A stretch of DNA of 7,954 nt from Selaginella moellendorffii (Eukaryota; Plantae; Lycopodiophyta), in contig NW_003314645.1 of NCBI RefSeq assembly GCF_000143415.4, positions 1 to 7,954 of the forward strand, written 5' to 3'. Of this stretch, positions 7,696 through 7,954 are shown piece after piece. Position 1 is the stretch's first letter. Each line of letters opens with the position of its first letter. A program made the translations under genes and the position numbers. The notes beneath the pieces were generated by a model. It saw only the letters and a list, made by a program, of their open reading frames with translations, was not told where the DNA came from and made no database searches.

Positions 7696-7818
7696 TGACG
7701 TGGGTGTCCACGTGGAGCGTATCCCCAAGCATATCCTGACAGGTGGATACACATGTGCGCTGCTGGCACAGAATAAACCATAAAATCCAATAAAGAATTA
7801 AGTAAATGGTCCAATTGG
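7696..7818. promoter_or_regulatory. Putative promoter elements upstream of gene 4: TGACGTGG, G-box TCCACGTGGA, E-box CACATGTG, CCAAT boxes
   Basis: TGACGTGG 7696-7703; perfect palindrome TCCACGTGGA 7707-7716; CACATGTG 7750-7757; CCAAT at 7786-7790 and CCAATTGG 7811-7818. Confidence 0.5.
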
Positions 7819-7954
7819 CGGCCGTACCAGAGTCACATTCCGGCGGCAGGCCGTACCAGTGGCGCGTGGGCTGCCGACTGACCGTCAGATGACGGGTGAG
7901 ACCGACCGTCGCGTGTGGAGCGCAAGCCGTCACACCCGTCAGGCGCGAGTACAG

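Noticed and set aside
7304-7933. 209-aa minus-strand ORF and plus-strand ORFs 7150-7530 and 7247-7621
   Set aside because: They cross promoter motifs, a microsatellite and a U-rich intron-like tract, with no coding-like composition or domain.
1-7954. Prokaryotic-type systems (operon, CRISPR, defence island), frameshifted pseudogenes, tRNA/rRNA, transposase genes
   Set aside because: Every frame break is explained by a GT-AG intron. I saw no repeat-spacer array, structural RNA or transposase motif.

Overview
Very compact, intron-rich land-plant nuclear DNA. I traced 33 GT-AG introns within coding sequence by hand, nearly all 46-81 nt. This style suggests a small-genome lycophyte such as Selaginella, but the organism is inferred. 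The window holds four tightly packed protein-coding genes in alternating orientation: (1) the 3' half of a methylmalonate-semialdehyde dehydrogenase (ALDH6B, +, stop at 1418); (2) a probably plastid-targeted DedA/VTT-family membrane protein (-, 3184..1580); (3) a chloroplast C-terminal processing peptidase of the CTPA1 type (+, 3278..5484), head-to-head with gene 2 with only 93 nt between the ATGs; (4) an uncharacterised ~421-aa membrane protein (-, 7141..5675). Gene 4 is the best candidate for something new. Its six hydrophobic segments are bracketed by motifs resembling the 6TM anchor/receptor module of class III adenylyl cyclases, yet no catalytic domain follows. It also has an in-frame strong-context uORF, a competing stop-including splice donor and a promoter rich in ACGT-core elements. 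Most ORFs in the supplied track are exon/intron chimeras or antisense shadows.
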